Part shown: in pieces, positions 17,216-25,793 of the stretch
Position numbering within the stretch: position 1 is the first letter of the stretch
Layout of the letters: each line of letters opens with the position of its first letter
DNA from: Promethearchaeota archaeon
GTDB lineage: Archaea; Asgardarchaeota; Lokiarchaeia; Sigyniarchaeales; SOKP01
NCBI GenBank assembly: GCA_030605895.1
Contig: JAUWHL010000005.1
Span: forward strand, 1 to 32,159
DNA length: 32,159 nt
Direction: 5' to 3'
Translations under genes and position numbers: made by a program
The notes under the pieces: model-generated
The model's database searches: none
Seen by the model: the letters and a program-made list of their open reading frames with translations, nothing else
Told to the model about the DNA's origin: nothing

Positions 17216-17238
17216 AATCGATATCGGAATTCGATATC
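17216..17238. promoter_or_regulatory. Candidate PadR operator: inverted repeat GATATCG-N5-CGATATC in the padR/MFS divergent promoter region
   Basis: The sequence AATCGATATCGGAATTCGATATC has perfect 7-bp arms (17220-17226 and 17232-17238). It lies 48 nt upstream of the MFS ATG and about 80 nt upstream of the padR ATG. CG-containing words like this are rare in the AT-rich spacer. Confidence 0.45.
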
Positions 17239-17285
17239 AAAAAAATTCAATATAAAAACTTAATAATAGAAATACTGCTTGACTT

Positions 17286-18542
17286 ATGTCTGAAATTAAT
17301 GATTCACATCAAAAGGATACTCAAAAAAAGAGACTAATTTTGGGAGTTTCAGTTCCTGTTTTTATAATGGGGCTTGTCTCTTTTTTTACTGATGTCTCTA
17401 GCGAAATGATCCAGAGCATATTACCCTTATTTATTATAGATCTAGTAGAAACGAATCCTACGTTTATTTTAGGTTTAATCGTAGGAATTACAACTGCTCT
17501 AGCAAACATTTTAAAAGGAGTATCTGGGTGGATGAGTGATAAAATCAATAAAAGAAAGCCTTTTATAGTAGCAGGATATTCGGTATCTAATCTTTCCAAA
17601 CCATTCATAGGTTTTAGCCCTTCTTGGGAATTTGTTTTAGGATTAAAAGCAACTGATAGATTTGGTAAAGGTCTTAGAACTTCTTCCAGAGATACACTTA
17701 TATCTTATTATGCGGTTGAGAAAGGAAAAGCCTTTGGAATGCATCGCGCAATGGATACATTAGGTGCTGTTGTTGGTTCTCTTCTTGCATTTGTATTTTT
17801 ATTTTGGGCATGGAGTTATTCTAAAATTATATTTTTTTCTATATTTCCAGGATTATGTGCGATAGTATTAATTCTTTTTATCAAGGATGTTGATCCTACT
17901 AAATTAGATGAAACAAAGCTGAAATACTATGGTGAACCAAAAGTAGATAAAATTGATAGAAATTTTATTAAACTTATTATAATTCTTGGAGTAATTGAAT
18001 TTGCTAGTTTAGATATAGTATTCCTTCAAGTCAGATCAAGAGATTTTATTTCCTCTGGATTAATCTTTCTAATACCTGTCTTTTATTTGCTAACAAACTT
18101 AGTTTATATGGTTTTGTCACCAGTAATGGGATCCTTATCAGATAAAATTGGACGTAAACCTATAATTGTTAGTGGGTTATCAATTCTTTTACTTTCTACT
18201 ATATTTTTAGCATTTCCTATTGAATCTTCATTTTTTTCTATTTTTATAATCATAATAATTTATGCTATGTATGGTTTCTATCTAGCGTCAGTAGATCCTA
18301 TCTCACGGGCGTATATTGCTGATTTAGCGGGTAAAAATAAAAGAGGTAGAGCATACGGTTATTACTATCTCTCCGTAGGACTTATCTCATTAGGTGAATC
18401 ACTCCTCTTTGGCTTAATATATGATTTATTCTCGTTTGTTTGGGCATTTATCTATATTTCAATTCTATTATCCATATGCATAATTGTCTTTACTGTGACG
18501 GATTTTTCGAAAATAATTCAAAAAGAGAAATTATCCATTTAG
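17286..18542 (+). CDS. MFS transporter (12-TM type)
   Basis: A highly hydrophobic 418-aa protein with MFS motif-A-like loops in both halves (GWMSDKINKRKPFIVAG; GSLSDKIGRKPIIVSG). It is divergent from the padR-methyltransferase operon. Confidence 0.85.
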   Translation: MSEINDSHQKDTQKKRLILGVSVPVFIMGLVSFFTDVSSEMIQSILPLFIIDLVETNPTFILGLIVGITTALANILKGVSGWMSDKINKRKPFIVAGYSVSNLSKPFIGFSPSWEFVLGLKATDRFGKGLRTSSRDTLISYYAVEKGKAFGMHRAMDTLGAVVGSLLAFVFLFWAWSYSKIIFFSIFPGLCAIVLILFIKDVDPTKLDETKLKYYGEPKVDKIDRNFIKLIIILGVIEFASLDIVFLQVRSRDFISSGLIFLIPVFYLLTNLVYMVLSPVMGSLSDKIGRKPIIVSGLSILLLSTIFLAFPIESSFFSIFIIIIIYAMYGFYLASVDPISRAYIADLAGKNKRGRAYGYYYLSVGLISLGESLLFGLIYDLFSFVWAFIYISILLSICIIVFTVTDFSKIIQKEKLSI

Positions 18543-18549
18543 ATTAAAT

Positions 18550-18565
18550 AATCGATATCTGAATT
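18550..18565. repeat. Second copy (15/16 nt) of the operator-containing 16-mer, 8 nt downstream of the MFS stop
   Basis: AATCGATATCTGAATT (18550-18565) compared with AATCGATATCGGAATT (17216-17231). The two copies bracket the MFS gene as direct repeats. Confidence 0.35.
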
Positions 18566-18706
18566 GTGGAATTCTGATAATAGACTCAAAATATTGAATT
18601 ATTCAGATACCTATTAGAATCATAGTTTTAGGTTTGTAGACCTAATGTCATAATATTTTGACATGTGACAATATCACTTTTCAGGTTGTATACCTCCTAA
18701 GAAAGT

Positions 18707-18784
18707 CTAATATTTTCTAATATCTTGATATATTGGAAAAATCAATTTTTTCATAGTATCTCAAAATTTTAGAAAATTGTATTT
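18707..18784 (+). repeat. Intergenic direct repeat, copy A (~78 nt)
   Basis: CTAATATTTTCTAATATCTTGATATATTGGAAAAATCAATTTTTTCATAGTATCTCAAAATTTTAGAAAATTGTATTT aligns to 19153-19231 with about 8 differences including 1 indel (hand alignment). Weaker similarity extends about 80 nt upstream (TTTTAGGTTT..., TTTTGACAT). Confidence 0.65.
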
Positions 18785-19031
18785 TTAAAAAATACCATGA
18801 TTAAGATTTATATTCAAGATTTTGGTATTTTAATTCAGTAATAATTTATTAATAAAACTGTAAATAAAAACAGGAATAATTGAAGTAAATACGTCTGTAA
18901 TATCAAGTTTTTAGAGAAGAGAGATTCAATAAAAGGAAATTGAATTGTATGATTCTGAATATTAATCAATTTATTAAAATGTGTTTATGCTTGTTTTTTT
19001 ATCACGTTTCTTATTTCGTTTCCATTTTCCT

Positions 19032-19087
19032 ATTGAAGAATGCAGAATCTTCTCCTAGAAGTATTGCTTCTAGGAGAATTCTTCAAT
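19032..19087 (+). other. Bulged 21-bp hairpin followed by a T-run: candidate terminator or small-RNA 3' end
   Basis: ATTGAAGAAT(19032-41) [9-nt bulge] TCTCCTAGAAG(19051-61) tattg CTTCTAGGAGA(19067-77) ATTCTTCAAT(19078-87). Both arm pairs are perfectly complementary. TTTT follows at 19088-19091. Confidence 0.35.
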
Positions 19088-19152
19088 TTTTAGGTTTACC
19101 TACACAATCTAGAATCACAATTTTTTGACATATAGGAATAATATAAAAAATC

Positions 19153-19231
19153 CTAATATTTCTCTAATATCTTGAAATATTGGAAAAATCAAATTTTTCA
19201 TATTATCTCGAAATTTTGGAAAATTAGATTT
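19153..19231 (+). repeat. Intergenic direct repeat, copy B (~79 nt), 150 nt upstream of the substrate-binding-protein gene
   Basis: CTAATATTTCTCTAATATCTTGAAATATTGGAAAAATCAAATTTTTCATATTATCTCGAAATTTTGGAAAATTAGATTT is about 90% identical to copy A, in the same orientation, 446 nt downstream of it. Confidence 0.65.
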
Positions 19232-19380
19232 ACTTAAACTATTGAAATAAAACTTTAAATAGGAGATAATCGTGTTTTAATTAAACCATAATTTAGATTT
19301 AAAAATTAAGTAAAAAATAACAAGTTTTTTACTTCTAAAAAACGATAAAATTAACAAAAAAAATTTAAAGTGAAATTTTT

Positions 19381-21102
19381 ATGGAAATGGAGAAAAAAAA
19401 TTTAGCAATAATAATTTTAGCCGTTGTTCTTGCCGCTTCTGGTGTTGGAAATATTATTCTTGGGATAAGCGCAGGTGCTGTGAAGGCACCAGAAAAGAAA
19501 AATGTACTCAGAGACGCTGATCCAGAATCTGGGGGTCCTGCAGTTTTGGATCCCGTCGACTCATGGGATAGTGTATCAAATGATGTGATAAGACACATTT
19601 GTGATAATTTATGGTATTATGACCTATATGATCCTGATTTTGCTCTTGAAATGCGATTAGCAGCTGAATATCCCTCCTGGAATGCTGATATGACAGAATT
19701 AACTGTTATTCTAAAAGAAGATGTGTATTTCCATGACGGTACTTTATTCACTGCAGAGGCTATTAAATTCACCTTTGACCGAATTACTTATTTTATTAAT
19801 GTGACTGGAACCTTAGATCCAGATACATCTCATCTGGCAGATCCGTCAAGCTTATTTTTCGATATGAAAGGTAACCCCATTCTTAACAAAACTGTGATTA
19901 ATAGTGATTATAGCGTAACTTTCGTTTTAAATAAGCCAAATGGTATTTTTATACCTTTATTATCCTATGATGCGTGCGCAATTTTATCTTCCGAATCTAC
20001 TTCCGCAACAGAATATTTAGAACTTGGAACTGATATCTTAGTAGGAACTGGTCCTTTCGAATTTGTACATTACATAGCAGGTGAAGAACTAAAATTTAAA
20101 CGTTTTGATTTGTATTGGGGACCCGCAACTTATTGGGAAGAAGTAATTTGGGTGTATTACCCCGATACACTGACCGCAAACAATGCTATGTTAGGTAAAG
20201 AGGTTGATTACCTTGGAAATCCTTTAACATCTCTTATTCCGACATTTCAAGCTGATTCAGATATGACATTTGTAAATTTGAATACAAGTACTATTTATCG
20301 ATACTGGGGAATCAATAATAGAAAGATCAACAACATAAATGTAAGAAAAGCTATTGCGTATGCATATAATTATACCTATTATATCGAAGTAATTCGTCTA
20401 GGTTTTATGATTCGAGCTCATCAATTCTTACCACCAGGATTCCCATACTATGATGCCTCATTTAAAGCTCCACACTATGATACAGCAATCGCAAGACAAG
20501 CAATGTTAGATGCTTGTGCTGAGTTGGGTTTAGATGCGGGTGGCCTTACCGCTGCCGCTGTTGGTGCGAGTGCCACTAATGATGCTAATTGGGCTGCAAA
20601 AAACTTTTTTTCATATAAAGTATTAGAACATGAAGGATGGTCCACCGGAATAGAAATGAATATGGCATTTGCTAATGATCTGGACAGAATTGGTATTACT
20701 CTTACACCCGATATTATGGACTGGGAGACCTACATAGATGTATCGACACATAATGAAGATAGACTTGAATTATTCCATACTGGATGGGGTCCGGATTATT
20801 TAGACCCATTCAACATGATTGAGCCATTATTGAATAATATGTCTAGCGCTAATCACCTTCAACTCCAAGATGATAAAATTATGGGTTGGTTAGTAGAATA
20901 TGAAGAGACAGATCCATTGGATACTGCTACCAGAGCTGATTTACTCTATAAGATCCAAAACAGAGCACTCAATGAACTCTACGTTGAATTAGCCGTTGCT
21001 AATGATATGGTAATGATCGTACATGATGCAAGGCTGCAAGAAGTTTGTTATAACGTTCAGGATAATTATTGGATTAGAGATTGCTACTTTGCACCAAGCT
21101 AA
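19381..21102 (+). CDS. ABC transporter substrate-binding protein, family 5 (peptide/nickel, OppA/DppA-like), membrane-anchored
   Basis: N-terminal hydrophobic anchor LAIIILAVVLAASGVGNIILG, followed by SBP_bac_5-like regions (YFHDGTLFTAEAIKFTFDR; GTGPFEFVHYIAGEELKFKRFDLYWG; NVRKAIAYAYN; GWGPDYLDPFNM). No permease or ATPase genes are adjacent. Confidence 0.85.
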   Translation: MEMEKKNLAIIILAVVLAASGVGNIILGISAGAVKAPEKKNVLRDADPESGGPAVLDPVDSWDSVSNDVIRHICDNLWYYDLYDPDFALEMRLAAEYPSWNADMTELTVILKEDVYFHDGTLFTAEAIKFTFDRITYFINVTGTLDPDTSHLADPSSLFFDMKGNPILNKTVINSDYSVTFVLNKPNGIFIPLLSYDACAILSSESTSATEYLELGTDILVGTGPFEFVHYIAGEELKFKRFDLYWGPATYWEEVIWVYYPDTLTANNAMLGKEVDYLGNPLTSLIPTFQADSDMTFVNLNTSTIYRYWGINNRKINNINVRKAIAYAYNYTYYIEVIRLGFMIRAHQFLPPGFPYYDASFKAPHYDTAIARQAMLDACAELGLDAGGLTAAAVGASATNDANWAAKNFFSYKVLEHEGWSTGIEMNMAFANDLDRIGITLTPDIMDWETYIDVSTHNEDRLELFHTGWGPDYLDPFNMIEPLLNNMSSANHLQLQDDKIMGWLVEYEETDPLDTATRADLLYKIQNRALNELYVELAVANDMVMIVHDARLQEVCYNVQDNYWIRDCYFAPS

Positions 21103-21147
21103 ACAACAGGTTAGTAAAATTAAAAAATTTAGAAATCTTAATAAATC

Positions 21148-21160
21148 TTTTTTTTTTTTT
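21148..21160 (+). terminator. T13 run, a candidate archaeal oligo-T terminator
   Basis: Thirteen consecutive T residues lie 46 nt downstream of the SBP stop codon, in a convergent intergenic region. Archaeal RNAP terminates at oligo-T tracts. Confidence 0.4.
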
Positions 21161-21316
21161 AACATTTTAGTTATATTGTAGTTTAATTAGTGATTCTTTT
21201 ATCGTTTATTTTTCCTGGAGAGAAGACCGATATAAAGATTGTGTAAATCTTGAATGAGATATCGCATTAATTATGATGTTAAGATTAAATAAAAAGTAAA
21301 TATCTTTTTAAAGTAA

Positions 21317-22576
21317 TTAATTTTGTGTCCATAAGTGAGCTAGATATATCAGAACCTCAGCTGCTTTTTGTAAAGCTAAAGTCGGGATAAACTCTTTTCT
21401 AGAGTGAAACAGCTGACCTCCAGTAAAGATATTTGGCGTCGGAATTCCTTTAGCACTTAATCTGGCACCATCTGTGCCTCCTCTAATGGAATGAATTTTA
21501 ACTTCTAATCCAGACTTCTCGATTGCTTGTTTAGCTAAGTCAATAACTTTTGTCTTTTTCTCTAAGTAGGTAAACATATTTTGATATTGATGTTTAAGAT
21601 CAATTTCAATTTTTAATCCAGGATAACGAATCTCATAAACTTTCTTTAAATTTATTATATAATCCCTACGTCTTTGGTTATTTTCTTCCAGAAAATCCCT
21701 AATTAGCATTCTTGATGTAGCTTCTTCTGCAGTTCCTTGTAATTTTGTTAAATGGAAAAAACCTTCTCTTTCCTCAGTATGTTCAGGCGATTCAGATTCG
21801 GGAAGCTCACTAAAAAACCTACTCGCAATCTGTATTGCATTGATCATTTTATTCTTGGCATGTCCTGGATGAACATTTAAACCAATAAATTTAATTTGAG
21901 CTAACCAAGCATCAAAACATTCGAATTCTAGTTCACCCATTTCACCGCCATCTACAGTATAACATATTTTGGGAAGCTTTTTTAAATCGGCTTTATCAAT
22001 TCCTAATCCAATCTCTTCATCTGTGGTAAAACAAATCAGTATTGGTCCATGTATTAATTTTTCAAACTTTTTCCATGCTGCACACGCAGCCATTATTTCA
22101 GCAACACCTGCTTTATCATCTGCCCCCAATAATGTATCTCCTTCAGAGGTGATTATATCAAGACCTAAATATTCTTCTAAATTCGGAGAATCCTCAGAAG
22201 TTAACAATAATTCTTTAACTTGGGGATATTTTATATCTTTTCCATCATAATTTCTATGAATTATCGGTTTTACATCCTTTCCACTAACTGCGGGTGCGGT
22301 ATCCACATGAGCTAATAAACCAATAGGTTTTACATTTTCAAAGCCTTTACTTGGTGGAAGATATGCATAAACAAATCCATATTCATCATGAATGATATCT
22401 TCAAGATGTAATTCTTTTAATTCTTCAACTAACAACTTTCCAAGATCTAATTGGATTTTTGTTGAGGGAACAGTTTCTACACTCTCATCTGAAGTAGTCC
22501 AAACTTTTACATATCTCAAAAATCGTTCTAAAGCATCATTTAGTAAAAATTCCTGTATGTCTTTTGTAAGTTCCAT
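21317..22576 (-). CDS. pepT: Peptidase T (tripeptide aminopeptidase, M20B)
   Basis: Collinear similarity to PepT throughout: ERFLRYVKVWTTSDE, LLAHVDTAP, TLLGADDKAGVAEIM, FTTDEEIG, YTVDGGEMGELEFECF, NVHPGHAKNKM, SIRGGTDGARLS, NIFTGGQLFHSRKEF. Confidence 0.92.
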   Translation of the reverse strand: MELTKDIQEFLLNDALERFLRYVKVWTTSDESVETVPSTKIQLDLGKLLVEELKELHLEDIIHDEYGFVYAYLPPSKGFENVKPIGLLAHVDTAPAVSGKDVKPIIHRNYDGKDIKYPQVKELLLTSEDSPNLEEYLGLDIITSEGDTLLGADDKAGVAEIMAACAAWKKFEKLIHGPILICFTTDEEIGLGIDKADLKKLPKICYTVDGGEMGELEFECFDAWLAQIKFIGLNVHPGHAKNKMINAIQIASRFFSELPESESPEHTEEREGFFHLTKLQGTAEEATSRMLIRDFLEENNQRRRDYIINLKKVYEIRYPGLKIEIDLKHQYQNMFTYLEKKTKVIDLAKQAIEKSGLEVKIHSIRGGTDGARLSAKGIPTPNIFTGGQLFHSRKEFIPTLALQKAAEVLIYLAHLWTQN

Positions 22577-22636
22577 ATCAATGAAAATTAATCTTAAATT
22601 TTAAAGTTAAATAATCTTTCAAAAAAATATGAATTT

Positions 22637-23437
22637 TCATCGTCCTTTGAATTTTGGGTCTCTTTTTTTCAAAAAAGATTTCATTCCCTCTCCAAAATCT
22701 ATTGTTCTTATATTTTTACAATACAATCTAAATTCATTTTGTAATGATGGAAATAATTCATTAAATTGTGAGAAATTAAGCATAGTTTTATTATATCCAA
22801 GGCATTTTGTTGGCATCTCTGCGATTTTTCCTACAAATTTTAATGATTTTTCTTTAAATTCCTTTAGTGGGTAAACTTTGGTTACTAACCCAATCTCCAG
22901 AGCTTCTTGTGCACTTAGATGACGCCCAGTTAAAATTATCTCTGTTGCTCTTCCAAAACCTACAATTCTAGGCAGAAACCAACTTGCTCCACTTAAAACA
23001 CAATGGGCTCTTGTAGTACGATGATCTCCAATCTTCAAATTATCCGCGGCTAATCGAAAATCACAAGCAAGAGCAACATCAAATCCAGCTCCTAAACAGT
23101 ATCCATGTAATAATGCTACAACTGGCTTTTGTATTTCTCGTATTAACCGTACTACTTTATGATGTGGTACTCTTGAACCATCCTCTAAGGGTGCAAATTT
23201 AACACCTTCTGGCCCCATACTTCTCATGTCATCACCAGAACAGAAATTTTCACCACTTCCTTCAATTATAATTACTCGAATTGTCTTTTCTTTCTTAACA
23301 AATTCCAACACGTTTACTATTTCCATTAATAATGGATATTGTAATGCATTAAGTTTTTCCGGACGGTTAAATGTAATAGAACTAATTCCATCTTCAATTT
23401 TATGTAATATGTATTTAAAATTCTCTTCTAAAATCAT
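22637..23437 (-). CDS. Enoyl-CoA hydratase/isomerase (crotonase) family protein
   Basis: Crotonase fold motifs ITFNRPEKLNAL, VIIIEGSGENFCSGDDM and VVALLHGYCLGAGFDVALACDFRLA. The track start at 23440 is TTG. The adjacent ATG at 23437, preceded by GGGAGAG, is the more likely start. Confidence 0.85.
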   Translation of the reverse strand: MILEENFKYILHKIEDGISSITFNRPEKLNALQYPLLMEIVNVLEFVKKEKTIRVIIIEGSGENFCSGDDMRSMGPEGVKFAPLEDGSRVPHHKVVRLIREIQKPVVALLHGYCLGAGFDVALACDFRLAADNLKIGDHRTTRAHCVLSGASWFLPRIVGFGRATEIILTGRHLSAQEALEIGLVTKVYPLKEFKEKSLKFVGKIAEMPTKCLGYNKTMLNFSQFNELFPSLQNEFRLYCKNIRTIDFGEGMKSFLKKRDPKFKGR

Positions 23438-23547
23438 CAATCTCTCCCGATTAATAAACAGATTTTTTATTATATTATAAACCTATGAACTATTAATTAA
23501 AAATATATAAATGAGTTTAAAAAATAAAAAAGTTGATTAAAAAAAAG

Positions 23548-24165
23548 TTACCAAATTTCGAATTTTTCGTCAAGTTTAGATGTAAATACAAGCAGGTAAG
23601 GAAATAATAAATCCCATACGCTTGTTAGAGAATTAAGCAAAATTACTACTACAATCCAGTATTCTAATCCTTCTGAGCCGTAGAAAGACAAATAAACAAT
23701 AATATTTAAAATCACCATTACAACTACTCTAAGAACTACTCCTAGTGCACCATATAGTATATAAGTTTTAGGTTCTTTTAATTTTTGGCTCATTCTCTCT
23801 CCTTTTTTATGTTTAAATATATATAATAAGAGTATTGGAACTATTATTAAAGAAAACGTCGCAGAAAACTTCATTAGAGGACCAATTGGTGTAAATGGGT
23901 CAAATGGAAAAAGGACCACCATTCCAATTATAGAACATAAAATCCCTGCTAAAGGACCAAATATTAGAAAACATGTAACCCATATAATTGAAACCGGATC
24001 AAAATAAGCAAATCCTTCGGGAGTTCTAGGTAAATATGGGACCACATAGAGCGAAAAAACCAGAGATAGTGCACCAAAAATGGCAGCTCCCACAATTTGG
24101 ATGGTAAAGCGGGTTTTTTTAGATAAAAAAGTTTCAACCTCTTCAACAACTTCAGTATCAGACAT
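23548..24165 (-). CDS. Small polytopic membrane protein, possibly an ECF-transporter S-component-like substrate capture protein
   Basis: A 205-aa protein with about 5-6 TM helices, an acidic N-terminus and the loop FPFDPFTPIGPLMKF. Size and topology resemble ECF S components. No EcfT/EcfA genes are nearby. The functional call is weak. Confidence 0.4.
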   Translation of the reverse strand: MSDTEVVEEVETFLSKKTRFTIQIVGAAIFGALSLVFSLYVVPYLPRTPEGFAYFDPVSIIWVTCFLIFGPLAGILCSIIGMVVLFPFDPFTPIGPLMKFSATFSLIIVPILLLYIFKHKKGERMSQKLKEPKTYILYGALGVVLRVVVMVILNIIVYLSFYGSEGLEYWIVVVILLNSLTSVWDLLFPYLLVFTSKLDEKFEIW

Positions 24166-24425
24166 TTTTACTACTTAAGAACTTGTGTTTTATTTTATTA
24201 TAGTATATTCTTAGATAAGGTGTGTTTGACTATTTAAAATATTTTGGGTAAAATATAATTAATAATCTAAACTTACTAAAGAGATTATAAACAGAATAGC
24301 ATGAAATAAATTGAAAATTGATTAATTATTTTGAATATCTAATTAATTTAAATAATATTTTTAATGTATTTTAATCTTAACCTTATATTTTTTAACTATC
24401 TATCTACTCATTTTTGGAGATTAAA

Positions 24426-25781
24426 TTATTTTAATATTTTTTTTTCTTTTGGATCTAAATCTAGCCAATCGCTTACATTTTTAAGTTGCTTTCTTGAAGC
24501 TCCACATAAAATCTTCAAAAATGGAAGAAAATCTTGAATGAAATCTATCTGAGAAATTTCATATTTTCTTTTGAGTTTCTCTACAAATTCTTTTTCAACA
24601 TTTGTCAAAGAAAAATAAGTTCCGGAAGTATATCTAGGGAATACTACTCTCTGGAATCCCTTTGAAACAGGTGTTTCTCTTCTGGAGAGAGCAACTCCCC
24701 CGGCAAAAAGGTCAAAAAAATAAGGTAATAACCCCCAATATTGAGTAGTTCGAATTCTTCCAAAAATTTCATCCGCTATGGAAAGGCTTTCAAAAGCGTC
24801 GGTAAGTTCTCTATTAGATTTTATGAACGTAAGAAGATTTTCATTTATCCATTTGTATAAGAAATTATAATCCACATCAGATTTATTAGTTAAATTTCGA
24901 GCTTCCCTTAGAGAAGAAACCTGAAATAAATCTCTAATTAATGAAAATATCTCTTCTAAATTATCACGATGGAGACTTAGAATTAATTCCTTATGATCTC
25001 CTTCTATATTTCCTTGCGTAATTCCTTGGATATCATTAATTATACCTCTTAAATCACCATTATTCTTATCAACAATTAATTCTAAATCCTCTTCTTTAAG
25101 ATTAGTGATGTTTTCTTTCTTTAGAATGTTTTTAGCAATCTTTATTACTTCATTTTTAGGTAAAGGATGAACTTCATATCTTCGAATTTTATTATAAATA
25201 GGTTGTAGATTTGTTTTGTATTCGTTAGAACACATTATAATGGGGAACTGTGTATTCTGAATTAATTCAATCACGGTAGGAATCGCTCCCCTATCTTGAA
25301 CTCCATAGATTCCATCAATCTCATCAATTAAGATTAATTTCTCTTTTGATTGGGCAATATAATCCATAATTCCACGAGTTTTTGTTGTTTCCTTCAATCT
25401 TTTTTCTATTGTAGCCTTTGTTCGTGTATCAGATGCATTTGTTTCTATTACTTCCATATTGAAATCATTAGCTAAGGCATAAACGATTGAAGTTTTACCG
25501 ATGCCTGGGGGACCTTCTAATAAAACAGCGGCTTTTTCATTAGGAATCTTAAATTCATCTTTTCTTTCCTTATCGATAACAGTTCTATTAAATTCTCGAA
25601 TCTGCTTGTTTTTTTTATTAACTTTTCTCCTTTCCTCAAAAAAACTTTCAATGAAATTGGTCAATTCTTCAGTTAATTTTACCCTCTGACCACGCATCCT
25701 TGCAGTGGGTAAAGCCATTTCTTTAATACTTTTTGGACGGTATTTCTCGACCCAGGGAATCTTAGTTTTTACTTTTGACAA
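24426..25781 (-). CDS. rfcL: Replication factor C large subunit
   Basis: RFC box II PWVEKYRPKSIKEM, Walker A GPPGIGKTS, Walker B LILIDEIDG and sensor-1 MCSNE. There is an extra ~30-aa K/E/R-rich insertion between box II and the P-loop. The start is TTG, preceded by GAGGAG. Confidence 0.85.
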   Translation of the reverse strand: MSKVKTKIPWVEKYRPKSIKEMALPTARMRGQRVKLTEELTNFIESFFEERRKVNKKNKQIREFNRTVIDKERKDEFKIPNEKAAVLLEGPPGIGKTSIVYALANDFNMEVIETNASDTRTKATIEKRLKETTKTRGIMDYIAQSKEKLILIDEIDGIYGVQDRGAIPTVIELIQNTQFPIIMCSNEYKTNLQPIYNKIRRYEVHPLPKNEVIKIAKNILKKENITNLKEEDLELIVDKNNGDLRGIINDIQGITQGNIEGDHKELILSLHRDNLEEIFSLIRDLFQVSSLREARNLTNKSDVDYNFLYKWINENLLTFIKSNRELTDAFESLSIADEIFGRIRTTQYWGLLPYFFDLFAGGVALSRRETPVSKGFQRVVFPRYTSGTYFSLTNVEKEFVEKLKRKYEISQIDFIQDFLPFLKILCGASRKQLKNVSDWLDLDPKEKKILK

Positions 25782-25793
25782 GTTATTATCTCC

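Noticed and set aside
14694-17608. ORFs 14694-14885(+), 14913-15107(+), 16402-16758(+) and 17321-17608(-)
   Set aside because: Most are antisense to the coiled-coil, methyltransferase or MFS genes, and their S/F/L-rich translations are artefacts of antisense GAA/AAA/AAG codons. 14913-15107 mostly covers the promoter spacer and has no coding signal.
18940-19128. 62-codon ORF (TTG 18940, or ATG 18949 giving MILNINQFIKMCLCLFFYHV...) in the long intergenic region
   Set aside because: It could encode a small hydrophobic peptide. However, it has only a weak AGGAAA upstream and the strong 21-bp hairpin lies inside it. With no comparative support I treat the locus as non-coding, and it remains a testable alternative under the 18543-19380 finding.
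18707-19231. Possibility that the two ~79-nt repeats form a CRISPR array, a MITE, or replication-origin ORB elements
   Set aside because: There are only two copies, each about 79 nt long and 446 nt apart, which does not fit CRISPR geometry. I could see no terminal inverted repeats or target-site duplications. TGGAAAA words alone do not match the ORB dyad, and no orc1/cdc6 gene is adjacent.
19365-23480. ORFs 19365-19598(-), 21969-22250(+), 22392-22604(+), 22629-22874(+), 23226-23480(+) and 23964-24149(-)
   Set aside because: They are antisense to or nested in the SBP, pepT, crotonase and membrane-protein genes, and no motifs are present.
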